A program made the translations under genes and the position numbers. Shown one piece after another: positions 9,871-18,489 of a DNA stretch of 64,000 nt. A model generated the notes under the pieces. That model had not been told where the DNA came from and ran no database searches. It worked only from the letters and a program-made list of their open reading frames with translations. The stretch is from a virus (lineage: Duplodnaviria > Caudoviricetes): positions 24,494-88,493 of the IMG/VR virus record IMGVR_UViG_3300050161_000042. One strand, written 5' to 3'. Position 1 is the first letter of the stretch. Every line of letters begins with the position of its first letter.

Positions 9871-10806
9871 ATGCCAACACTAAGAACAAAAACACAACTG
9901 ATTAACAAAGCAAATATTGACCTAGCGGATAATAATGCAGGTTCTATTTCTGCCCAAGATATTAGAGAAAACATTACTGACTTTTGTTACTCAACAAACC
10001 TTCTTGTTGGAAGTGGAGACCACGATGTAGAGTTTCCATTTGTTAACAACGTTAGGGCATCTAAGATTACCGGAAATGGTTTCTTTATTGCCGAGTCTGG
10101 GATTAACTTTCCAAATAGCCCAGGTGCCGTAAATCAATACGAAGCTTATCCTGGTGCTGCAAATATAGAACACGATCAACTAAAGAATAGACACGTTAGC
10201 ATTGATGCTCACAGACAGTATCTTGCGGTTAACGGAACAAGACCTATGGAAGAAAATCTTCCTATGGGTGCCAACTGGATTAATTCATCTGGGGCAAGTT
10301 TCGATAACAGAGGTCTAAAGTTTGAATACACACCAAGCGGAGATAACATCAAAGTTGGTGCTGGAAGCCAATTTGTATTTTCAGATAACTCTAAGATGGC
10401 TAGTGCTAGAGGCATAGCCAAAGCTTGGATGATCTTTGATGGTAGCGGAACTGGTACATATGGTACTCCAGTTGTAAAAGCTTACCACAATATTGAATCA
10501 GTTCAATACTTAGATCCAGGTAAATACAAAGTGATATTACCATCTGGGGCAGTTAAGAATGCAAACTGCGTAGCTATTGGTACTTCTAACTCAAGAACAA
10601 CAGCGGCAAGCCAAGAAGATTTTGATAGAAATACTGTTGGTATTACACAGAGAAGCATCGATGGTCAGGGTAGACTTAACCTAACATTCCTAGTTCTTAA
10701 TGATGCTGGACAATATGTCGATGCTGAACTTAATGAACTGATTGTTTATGGAAATGACGCTGGCGAAGGTGCTCAAACATCTCCACTTATAATTCCTAAA
10801 TCATAA
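9871..10806 (+). CDS. Virion fibre-type protein
   Basis: C-terminal AKAWMIFDG...VKAYHNIESV...GKYKV.L matches a common fibre C-terminal domain. N-terminus is shared with the 2348 ORF. Confidence 0.55.
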   Translation: MPTLRTKTQLINKANIDLADNNAGSISAQDIRENITDFCYSTNLLVGSGDHDVEFPFVNNVRASKITGNGFFIAESGINFPNSPGAVNQYEAYPGAANIEHDQLKNRHVSIDAHRQYLAVNGTRPMEENLPMGANWINSSGASFDNRGLKFEYTPSGDNIKVGAGSQFVFSDNSKMASARGIAKAWMIFDGSGTGTYGTPVVKAYHNIESVQYLDPGKYKVILPSGAVKNANCVAIGTSNSRTTAASQEDFDRNTVGITQRSIDGQGRLNLTFLVLNDAGQYVDAELNELIVYGNDAGEGAQTSPLIIPKS

Positions 10807-10815
10807 GGTGATTAA

Positions 10816-11205
10816 ATGCCTAGTACACAAAAAACAGAAATTGGAACTAGGGCCGCTCAGAAACCAATCTACGTTAAGCAAGGTTCGGACTGGTTCGCAA
10901 AATTTAAGATTCAAAATCCAGACAAGACATTTGTTGATCTAACAGGTAGTTCTTTCTCTGGAAAAGTAAGAAGAAATAAACTTTCAAGCATTATAGAAGC
11001 TCAGTTTACTTTTTCAGTAAATACAGGAACAAGAGAAGTTTCAGTTTCCTTGCCTAAAGAAGTAAGTGCAGCTATGAAGGCTGGCGAAAAAGAAACAGAT
11101 ATGCTTTCTAAGTATGTGTATGATTGGGAGTGGACTAAGCCAAATGGCGAAGTAGACAGATTTCAAGAAGGCTCTTTTATATTAAGTGCTGAGGTTACAA
11201 AATAA
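10816..11205 (+). CDS. Small virion protein, BppU-N-like fibre attachment domain (putative)
   Basis: QGSDW..KF.I.NPD...VDLTG....KVR and YVYD.E.T.PNG.V.R..EG.F pattern typical of this family. Confidence 0.5.
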   Translation: MPSTQKTEIGTRAAQKPIYVKQGSDWFAKFKIQNPDKTFVDLTGSSFSGKVRRNKLSSIIEAQFTFSVNTGTREVSVSLPKEVSAAMKAGEKETDMLSKYVYDWEWTKPNGEVDRFQEGSFILSAEVTK

Positions 11206-11483
11206 TGGATAGCTACAACATTATAGTGAATGATGCTCCTTCCTATAATATTGTGTTTAACCAACCGGAAGAACAGTACACAATAGTTTTAGAGAATGGA
11301 CAAGGAGCAAATGGTGCCAAAGGAGACCAGGGCGATCAAGGAGAACAGGGAATACAAGGTATACCTGGACCTCCTGGTGAAATACAACTATCGAATACAA
11401 CAACAAGTACATTAACTGGTTACATAATTGGTAATGGCTCAACAATATCAGCAGACCCAAGAATAGATGGGGGTAATTTTTAA
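11205..11483 (+). CDS. Short collagen-like (Gly-X-Y) fibre protein
   Basis: GQGANGAKGDQGDQGEQGIQGIPGPPGE triplets. Ends IDGGNF. Confidence 0.65.
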   Translation: MDSYNIIVNDAPSYNIVFNQPEEQYTIVLENGQGANGAKGDQGDQGEQGIQGIPGPPGEIQLSNTTTSTLTGYIIGNGSTISADPRIDGGNF

Positions 11484-11488
11484 ATATT

Positions 11489-12910
11489 ATGACAATAAGA
11501 ATTAGAAGAAGAACTAGCGGTGGATCAGGTGCCCCATCGTCATTGGAAAATGCTGAGTTAGCATACAACGAAGTAGATAATATTCTTTACTACGGTAAGG
11601 GAACTGGTGGTGCTGGTGGTAGTGCTACTACTATCGAAGCTATTGCTGGTGCTGGTTTCGTTGTATCACTAACTGGTGCTCAATCGATTGATGGCGTTAA
11701 GACATTTACATCTAGTCCAGTTGGACCAACACCTACTGGTGGTGATAGCTCTACAAAGTTAGCTACTACAGCGTTCGTTGCTGCTGCCGTTACTGCTGGA
11801 ACAATTGCAGACGGTGATAAGGGTGATATTGTTGTCTCTGGTACTGGATCGATATTTACTATTGATACCAACGTAGTATCTAACACTAAGCTTGCCCAGA
11901 TGGGTGCTAATACTCTTAAGGGTAATAATACTGGCTCTACAGCTAATGCTGCTGACTTAAGCGTTGCCCAAGTTAAGACAATGTTAGCATTAAACAATGT
12001 TGATAATACTTCAGATGCTACAAAGTTTACAAATACAGCTTTGACTGGTGTTCCAACAGCCGCTACTGCGGCTGCTGACACTAATACAACTCAAATTGCT
12101 ACTACGGCATTTGTTATTGGACAAGCTTCTGCTTTAACTCCGGTTGTAAACGGAACTGCTGCTATTGGTACTTCTCTTAAATTTGCTAGAGCAGACCACG
12201 TTCACGGTACAGATACTACAAGAGCACCTCTTGCTAGCCCAACATTTACTGGTCTAGTAACTGCTCCTGCTGGTTCAACATCACAAGCTGGTGGTTTAAA
12301 GCTTACTTCTGGTGCCCTAAAGACTACACCAATTGCTGGTGATTCTGGAAGTTTGGAATACGCTGGTTCTACAATGAGCATTATTAATAGCTCTGGTACT
12401 AGAAAAGTATTTGCTTACACAGATGACGTATACTCTGGAACGTTAACAAGCGGTCAAATCACAACCGCCCTAACATTCACACCATACAATGCGACTAATC
12501 CTGCCGGTTATATCACTTCATCGGCCTTAAGTACATATGCTCCTTTAGCAAGCCCTGCATTAACTGGTACTCCAACAGCACCAAACGTTACTGATGGTGA
12601 TAGCTCAACTAAAATTGCTAATACTGCATTCGTATCAACAGCCGTAGCTAACTTAGTTGCTTCTGCTCCTGGTACGCTTGATACTCTTAATGAACTAGCT
12701 TTAGCTTTAGGAAATGACCCTAACTTTGCTACAACACTTACTACATCATTAAGCGGTAAAGCTGACTTAGTTCTATCTAATCTTAGCAATACTGGTACTG
12801 CCAGAACTAACTTAGGTCTAGGTTCTATTGCTACACAAAATGCTAATGCCGTTGCTTTAACTGGTGGAACTATAAGTGCCGCTGTTGTTATTGACGGAGG
12901 TACGTTCTAG
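11489..12910 (+). CDS. Tail/collar fibre protein
   Basis: N-terminal IRIRR...AELAYNEVDNILY anchor. P2-H-like segments TQIATTAFV and APGTLDTLNELA.ALGNDPNFA. ADHVH motif. Ends IDGGTF. Confidence 0.75.
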   Translation: MTIRIRRRTSGGSGAPSSLENAELAYNEVDNILYYGKGTGGAGGSATTIEAIAGAGFVVSLTGAQSIDGVKTFTSSPVGPTPTGGDSSTKLATTAFVAAAVTAGTIADGDKGDIVVSGTGSIFTIDTNVVSNTKLAQMGANTLKGNNTGSTANAADLSVAQVKTMLALNNVDNTSDATKFTNTALTGVPTAATAAADTNTTQIATTAFVIGQASALTPVVNGTAAIGTSLKFARADHVHGTDTTRAPLASPTFTGLVTAPAGSTSQAGGLKLTSGALKTTPIAGDSGSLEYAGSTMSIINSSGTRKVFAYTDDVYSGTLTSGQITTALTFTPYNATNPAGYITSSALSTYAPLASPALTGTPTAPNVTDGDSSTKIANTAFVSTAVANLVASAPGTLDTLNELALALGNDPNFATTLTTSLSGKADLVLSNLSNTGTARTNLGLGSIATQNANAVALTGGTISAAVVIDGGTF

Positions 12911-13344
12911 TGCCTATCCAGATTCTAAGATCTTCTACTACTGGTGTTGTTCCTAATCCCTCTACTTTAGTAGTAGGGGAATTGGCGGTTAATACTGCTG
13001 ATGCTAAGCTATGGACAAAACACACAAATGGAGCATTAGTAGACCTCACAGCAGGAGGTGGTGGTGGAACCACTGTATATTCGACTACAATAGAGGTAGA
13101 CTTTGGTACAGAAGAAGGTGGAGTTGCATCAGTAAGCGTTTCAGCTACATGGGCAACTTCAACATCAAAAATTACAATAACACCATCTGGAATAGCTACA
13201 ACAGATCATGATCCAGAAGATTATGCCCTAGAGGGTATTTTTGCTATTCCTATAGATATAGTTGATGGTGTTGGTTTTACATTATTAGCAGGATGTAGAG
13301 AATCAACATTCGGCAAATACAAATTTAATATATTAGGAGTTTAA
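12910..13344 (+). CDS. Short fibre-associated protein (GTG start)
   Basis: N-terminus IQILRSSTT...LVVGELAVNTADAKLW is homologous to the 11489 anchor. TAGTG overlap with the previous stop. Confidence 0.6.
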   Translation: MPIQILRSSTTGVVPNPSTLVVGELAVNTADAKLWTKHTNGALVDLTAGGGGGTTVYSTTIEVDFGTEEGGVASVSVSATWATSTSKITITPSGIATTDHDPEDYALEGIFAIPIDIVDGVGFTLLAGCRESTFGKYKFNILGV

Positions 13345-13348
13345 AAGG

Positions 13349-14764
13349 ATGTCAGTTATAATTAAGAGCGGTGCAAGTAGTGATGTTTTAACAGTTGATC
13401 CTACAAGCAAGGCAGCTAGAGTTACACTTTATGATGCACAGGGTAATCCATTAACATATGCAGACGGTGATTCGCCAACAATCGCAAGAGGTATCTTACA
13501 TCTTGGAGTAAATGATAAAAACGTTTTAGCTGCAAGAATGGATAGACTTGGAAATACAGGTACAACACTTCACACTTTGTTACTAAGTGAATCTTTTGAA
13601 GCAACTACTACAAATCCACAAAGATGGCTTATTACAAATTCCACTATGGCAGCAACTCAAGCTACTATTAGCGGATTTTTATTCAATTCTGCTGCAATAA
13701 CAACTATCAATAGCGGTTATAGCTTAAAGTCTACTATGCTTTTTGCCAAGATGCAAAAAACCCCATTACAGATGAAGTTTAGGGCGAGATTAGCTCATCA
13801 AAATAATTCAGTAATTGAAATTGGTTTTGGTGATGCTTCTACATTTAATGGTGCCAATACAACTGGTGCTTATTGGCAGGTTACTTCATCTGGAGTTTTG
13901 CAGCCTGTTGTAACATTTAACGGTGTAGATCAAACCGGAACTCCAGTAACTTTCTCTACAACAAACTATTATACTTTTGACGTTATAGTTGATGATAATT
14001 CTGCTACATTTATATGCCAAGATACAAGTACTGGAAATTTAGTATCTAAACAAACAATAAATTTAGCATTAAGTGGACAAAGATTATTTAGTGCTACTCA
14101 GTTAGGGATAATTGCTAGATTATATAATACAGCGGTTGCTCCTGCGACTGCTCCTCAATTAATGCTAACAGACGTATATGTTTTAGCTTTAGATAACGCA
14201 GAAACAAAACCTTGGCCTATTGTTAATGCGTGTAATCAAAAAGGAACTCCAACTCATCCGTTCACTGGTGCTCAATTAACTAACTTTGCTAACTCTACCT
14301 CTCCTGCTTCCGCGACATTATCTAATACAGCCGCTGGTTATACTACTCTTGGTGGATTATGGCAATTTGCTGCTGTTGCTGGTGCTGTGACTGATTATGC
14401 TCTATTTGGATTTACAGTTCCTTTAAATTCTAATTTTGTAATTACTGGTATTGATATTGAAGCATGGAATACGGTTGTAGCTGTTGCTACTACTCCCACT
14501 CTATTGATGTGGGGTCTTGCTGTTGGTTCTACTGCTGTTTCACTAGCTACCGTTACTGTAAATAGAATAGCTTTAGGGTCTCAAAGCTTTCCAATTGGTG
14601 CTGTTCCTGGTGCTAATGCTCAAAGAATTTCAAAACAGTTTACAACACCTTTGGTTTGTCCATCCGGTAGATTCGTACATGTTATTCTAAGAATGCCAGT
14701 AGCTACTGCTACCGCTACTGAAATATTTCAAGGTCTAGTTAATATTGAAGGATACTTCGAATAA
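13349..14764 (+). CDS. Virion beta-sandwich (lectin-like) protein, putative
   Basis: 471 aa, Thr/Ala-rich with beta-strand patterning, inside the fibre island. Confidence 0.45.
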   Translation: MSVIIKSGASSDVLTVDPTSKAARVTLYDAQGNPLTYADGDSPTIARGILHLGVNDKNVLAARMDRLGNTGTTLHTLLLSESFEATTTNPQRWLITNSTMAATQATISGFLFNSAAITTINSGYSLKSTMLFAKMQKTPLQMKFRARLAHQNNSVIEIGFGDASTFNGANTTGAYWQVTSSGVLQPVVTFNGVDQTGTPVTFSTTNYYTFDVIVDDNSATFICQDTSTGNLVSKQTINLALSGQRLFSATQLGIIARLYNTAVAPATAPQLMLTDVYVLALDNAETKPWPIVNACNQKGTPTHPFTGAQLTNFANSTSPASATLSNTAAGYTTLGGLWQFAAVAGAVTDYALFGFTVPLNSNFVITGIDIEAWNTVVAVATTPTLLMWGLAVGSTAVSLATVTVNRIALGSQSFPIGAVPGANAQRISKQFTTPLVCPSGRFVHVILRMPVATATATEIFQGLVNIEGYFE

Positions 14765-14774
14765 GGAGATAAGA

Positions 14775-15104
14775 ATGTTTGATATACATAATTTAGAATC
14801 AGAAAATGAAGCAAATAGAATTTTGAGAACAGGAAATGAAATGTTCAAATATTTGCTTGATTTTCATAAAGAACAAAAAAATAGTTTTTGGTTAAATAAC
14901 GGTATATCAAGAAGTAAAGAAGAATTACAAGCAATTTGTAATGTTATGGACTCAGTGAGGACTGGTCAGTCGGCAGAAGCATTTAATTTTGGTGCAATGA
15001 TTCTTAGTATTCTTTTAACAATAGATCCAGCCTGTTTACAACCAGAAGAATATACATCTCCTTATCCCTTTACTATTGTAAACGGTTGTGTGTTATTTAC
15101 ATAA
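14775..15104 (+). CDS. Hypothetical protein (possible fibre chaperone)
   Basis: ORF track starts at 14745, but AAGGAG precedes the in-frame ATG at 14775. Confidence 0.5.
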   Translation: MFDIHNLESENEANRILRTGNEMFKYLLDFHKEQKNSFWLNNGISRSKEELQAICNVMDSVRTGQSAEAFNFGAMILSILLTIDPACLQPEEYTSPYPFTIVNGCVLFT

Positions 15105-15126
15105 AGCTTAATTAAGAGTAATCCTA

Positions 15127-17283
15127 ATGTTTAAAATCAACGATAGAATAAAAGAAAAAACATACAGTGTTGGTTCTGGGAATTTAGACTTCTCAGGGCC
15201 GACTCCTGCATATAGTGCATTCTCTTCTGTTTATAACAGTGGAGATACCTTCTTCTATTGTATTACGAATGACGTTGATTACGAAATTGGTATGGGTAGA
15301 TATAGCCCCAACAGATTAGAAAGAACTCAGGTATTTAAGTCTAGTAAACCATCAAACGCCATAGTAAATTGGCCTGTTGGTTTAAAAGAAGTTTATGTGA
15401 CATATCCTGCTGAAAATTCTGTTTATCAAGTTAATAATATTGATTCTCAGAATGCACCACTATCTAAGAACTTTACATACTGGTCTAGTGCAAACTCGGT
15501 TTCGGACGTTGAAGGTTTAAGCTTTGATAGCGGTAGAGTTGTTTCTTCCCTAGAGTTTTCTTTCTCTAATGTAATCAGATTTAGTGGATATGCCCTAACT
15601 CAAAACTCTCCATTTCAAAAAGATGAGCTTATTACATCTACCTTGATCGATGAAGTTATCTATCAGTCTGGTGAAGTAAATCAATATAAAGGATTTAAGA
15701 AACAAAGATCAGGTACGGTTCTAGCTGGACCTTTAGATAATTGTGGTTCTGGAACATGCCCTAGTGGCTATCCAATGTTCAGACCTTTATCGGAAGAAGA
15801 TATTCCTGTATTAGATGCAGAGAATATATCCTATACTCCAGCAAATCCTGGTAACTGGTCTTCTGTTCCTACCAACGTAGAAGTTGCCCTAGACCTATTA
15901 GCTTTAGGTGGAAGCGGAAGTGGCCCTACTAGTATAAACTGGACTAACATAACAAATAAGCCCTTAACTTTTAATCCTACTTTACCAATTCCTGCAACTG
16001 GTATTACTGGACTTGGTGCCCTACTTACATTAGGCGAAACATCAACTACAGCATATAGGGGAGACAGAGGTAAGATAGCTTACGATCACTCGCAAACTTC
16101 GGGTAATCCTCATAATCTTGTTAAAGCAGACATAGGGCTTTCTAATGTAGATAATACAACAGACCTTAACAAGCCTATTTCTACGCTGACACAGACTGCA
16201 TTAAACGGCAAATCTAACGTTGGACACACGCACACGTTTTCAGAAGTCTCTGGCAGTATTCCAGCACATACGCATACATTCTCAGATATTACGGGTAACA
16301 TTCCTATATCTAAGTTTAATGCTGGAAGTGGTGCTAGTATAACTTCAGTATGGAGAGGTGATGGTACTTGGGCTGAATTTGACTTTAATCCAACTCTAAA
16401 TAATTTAGGATATGGAATGATAGTTGGAAGAGAAAACACGACAAGCCCTGGAACAGGAAGCCTTTCTAACGTAGCTATTATTGGTAGAAATAACGCTTTC
16501 ACAAGAGATGGTTCGGTTACAAGTTCTTGCTCTAATATTTTTGGTTCTGGTAATCAACATATATTGGCATCAACTTCCTATTCATCTGGTAAAAATACAT
16601 TAGTTGGAAACAACAATTATTCATATGGAAACAATCAAATATTTGGAAGTGACAATAGTGTAACTGGTGTTGGAAATACATCAATTGGGCAAAATGTCTC
16701 TATATCGGCAGACGCTGGTATTCCTTATGCTAATAGCAATACAGTTGTCGGAAATAGTATAACTCATGTTGGTCAAGGTTGCTCTATATTTGGAAATTCA
16801 ATTAATGCTAATACAAGTTTAGGTACATATGGAAGTTTACTTACTGGTCAATATAATCTACAAGCTGTAATATTTGGACAAAATTGTACATTAAGTGCTG
16901 AGGAAATAGCTCCAACAGGAAGTCCATTTGGATTGTCATTTTTTGGAGAACCATCAGTGCTAATTGGTCATGGTATAAATCACCAGTATAGTAGTATAAT
17001 TGAAATAGGAAATATGACAGATGTTACAGAAAAGGCAGTAATAAGAATTGGATATGGTGGATGGAAACAAGTCTCTTCTCAGTGGAATAGAACAAAACCC
17101 TTTGCTATGTTTCCAATATCAGATTTAGGTACTATACTTTCTAGTTCAAATATACATTCAAGTGTCCCAACAGAAAATATACCAAGCGGAATGATGACAT
17201 TCAGAAGATCTGGGGCTTCCATTTTCATAGACATAAACATAAGCGGAACAACAAAAACGCTATCTCTCGGAACAGCGACATAG
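15127..17283 (+). CDS. Tail fibre protein
   Basis: N-terminal DRIKE...YEIG.G...EVYVTYPAE domain, GLSNVDNT.D.NKP.ST.TQ.ALN repeat, HTH metal-binding motifs, and C-terminal Gly-Asn beta-roll repeats. Confidence 0.7.
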   Translation: MFKINDRIKEKTYSVGSGNLDFSGPTPAYSAFSSVYNSGDTFFYCITNDVDYEIGMGRYSPNRLERTQVFKSSKPSNAIVNWPVGLKEVYVTYPAENSVYQVNNIDSQNAPLSKNFTYWSSANSVSDVEGLSFDSGRVVSSLEFSFSNVIRFSGYALTQNSPFQKDELITSTLIDEVIYQSGEVNQYKGFKKQRSGTVLAGPLDNCGSGTCPSGYPMFRPLSEEDIPVLDAENISYTPANPGNWSSVPTNVEVALDLLALGGSGSGPTSINWTNITNKPLTFNPTLPIPATGITGLGALLTLGETSTTAYRGDRGKIAYDHSQTSGNPHNLVKADIGLSNVDNTTDLNKPISTLTQTALNGKSNVGHTHTFSEVSGSIPAHTHTFSDITGNIPISKFNAGSGASITSVWRGDGTWAEFDFNPTLNNLGYGMIVGRENTTSPGTGSLSNVAIIGRNNAFTRDGSVTSSCSNIFGSGNQHILASTSYSSGKNTLVGNNNYSYGNNQIFGSDNSVTGVGNTSIGQNVSISADAGIPYANSNTVVGNSITHVGQGCSIFGNSINANTSLGTYGSLLTGQYNLQAVIFGQNCTLSAEEIAPTGSPFGLSFFGEPSVLIGHGINHQYSSIIEIGNMTDVTEKAVIRIGYGGWKQVSSQWNRTKPFAMFPISDLGTILSSSNIHSSVPTENIPSGMMTFRRSGASIFIDINISGTTKTLSLGTAT

Positions 17284-17290
17284 CAATATA

Positions 17291-17299
17291 GTGTATAAT
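17291..17299 (+). promoter_or_regulatory. Putative late promoter motif GTGTATAAT
   Basis: Exact 9-mer in the 48-nt gap before the 17332 ORF. Confidence 0.65.
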
Positions 17300-17331
17300 T
17301 TATTGAAGATTTAATTCAAAAGGAACAAAAA

Positions 17332-17640
17332 ATGGCAGTAGAACAAAAAACAGTAACGTTGCAATTTCCACTAGAATATTGGAAAAATGTGACAGAAGCT
17401 TTTGCAGAAAGCCCATATGTAAACATCATGGTCCCAAGACCAATGGTAGAGATGGGGCAAGACCCTAAACCAGTAGACAAAGAAGAAATAACAATTGATT
17501 CAATTCTGGACTTCATTAGGGTAAAAACCAAAGAATACGTGAAAAGAAAAAGAACAGAAGAATTGTTAAGAGAACTAGAAGCTGATACAGAATTAGAGTC
17601 TAACCAGAATACAAATGCCGTACAAGTAAAAACAGTTTAA
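17332..17640 (+). CDS. Hypothetical protein
   Basis: 102 aa, AAGGA RBS, preceded by the promoter motif. Charged, helical C-terminus. Confidence 0.6.
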   Translation: MAVEQKTVTLQFPLEYWKNVTEAFAESPYVNIMVPRPMVEMGQDPKPVDKEEITIDSILDFIRVKTKEYVKRKRTEELLRELEADTELESNQNTNAVQVKTV

Positions 17641-17662
17641 AAGTTAAATATGGAGGTATTCT

Positions 17663-18478
17663 GTGTTTAAGATACATAACAGAGTAAAAGAAAAGACCTC
17701 TACTATCGGAACTGGACCATTATCACTCTTCGGCTCAAGCCCTGGGTTTATTACCTTTTCCTCGTTTTACGACGATAACGATCAGCTTTTTTATTGTACA
17801 ATTAATGGGTTTGATTTTGAAATTGGTGTAGGTACTTACTTTAATAACTCAATTACAAGAAATAGAGTACTTAGTAGCTCGAATGCTAATCAGTTAGTGC
17901 ATTGGCCTCCTGGCGACAAAGAAATTTATGTCACATATCCAGCAGAAAATGCTGTATACCAACCAGAGGGGATTAATAGTGCGACTGCACCAGAACCAGA
18001 AGCATTAGCTTACTGGATAGACAAAAATACCATATCAAGTATTGCCCACACATACTATCGTGATAACACAATTGTATCAGAGGCAGATTTTAACATAGGT
18101 GTTCTTACTAACAAGTTTGAACATATAGACCCAGTTACAGCTAACATACCAGTTGGTTCTGCTAGACTGATTAAGGGTTTAGACGGAAAGATTCAAGTTT
18201 GGGTTAATGACAATGGCAACATAAGACCTATGGACGGTGGTTCTGGGTCTGTCTCATTTAATCTAATATTTAACGAGACACCAACTGGCGTAATGAATGG
18301 TGTAAACAGAACTTTTAATTCAGCTTTTAACTTTGCGAGTGCTACGCTGTCTGTTCATTTGAACGGTCTAAGACAAAGACTTACATCTGACTACCAAATA
18401 GTAAATAGCAACACAATTATGTTAAACGTTGCCCCAAGTTCAACAGAAAATTTATCAATCGATTATCAAAAATTATAG
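17663..18478 (+). CDS. Short fibre/adaptor protein (GTG start)
   Basis: GGAGG RBS. N-terminal ~130 aa paralogous to the 15127 ORF; C-terminal ~70 aa paralogous to the end of the 18490 ORF. Confidence 0.65.
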   Translation: MFKIHNRVKEKTSTIGTGPLSLFGSSPGFITFSSFYDDNDQLFYCTINGFDFEIGVGTYFNNSITRNRVLSSSNANQLVHWPPGDKEIYVTYPAENAVYQPEGINSATAPEPEALAYWIDKNTISSIAHTYYRDNTIVSEADFNIGVLTNKFEHIDPVTANIPVGSARLIKGLDGKIQVWVNDNGNIRPMDGGSGSVSFNLIFNETPTGVMNGVNRTFNSAFNFASATLSVHLNGLRQRLTSDYQIVNSNTIMLNVAPSSTENLSIDYQKL

Positions 18479-18489
18479 AGAATTAAAAA

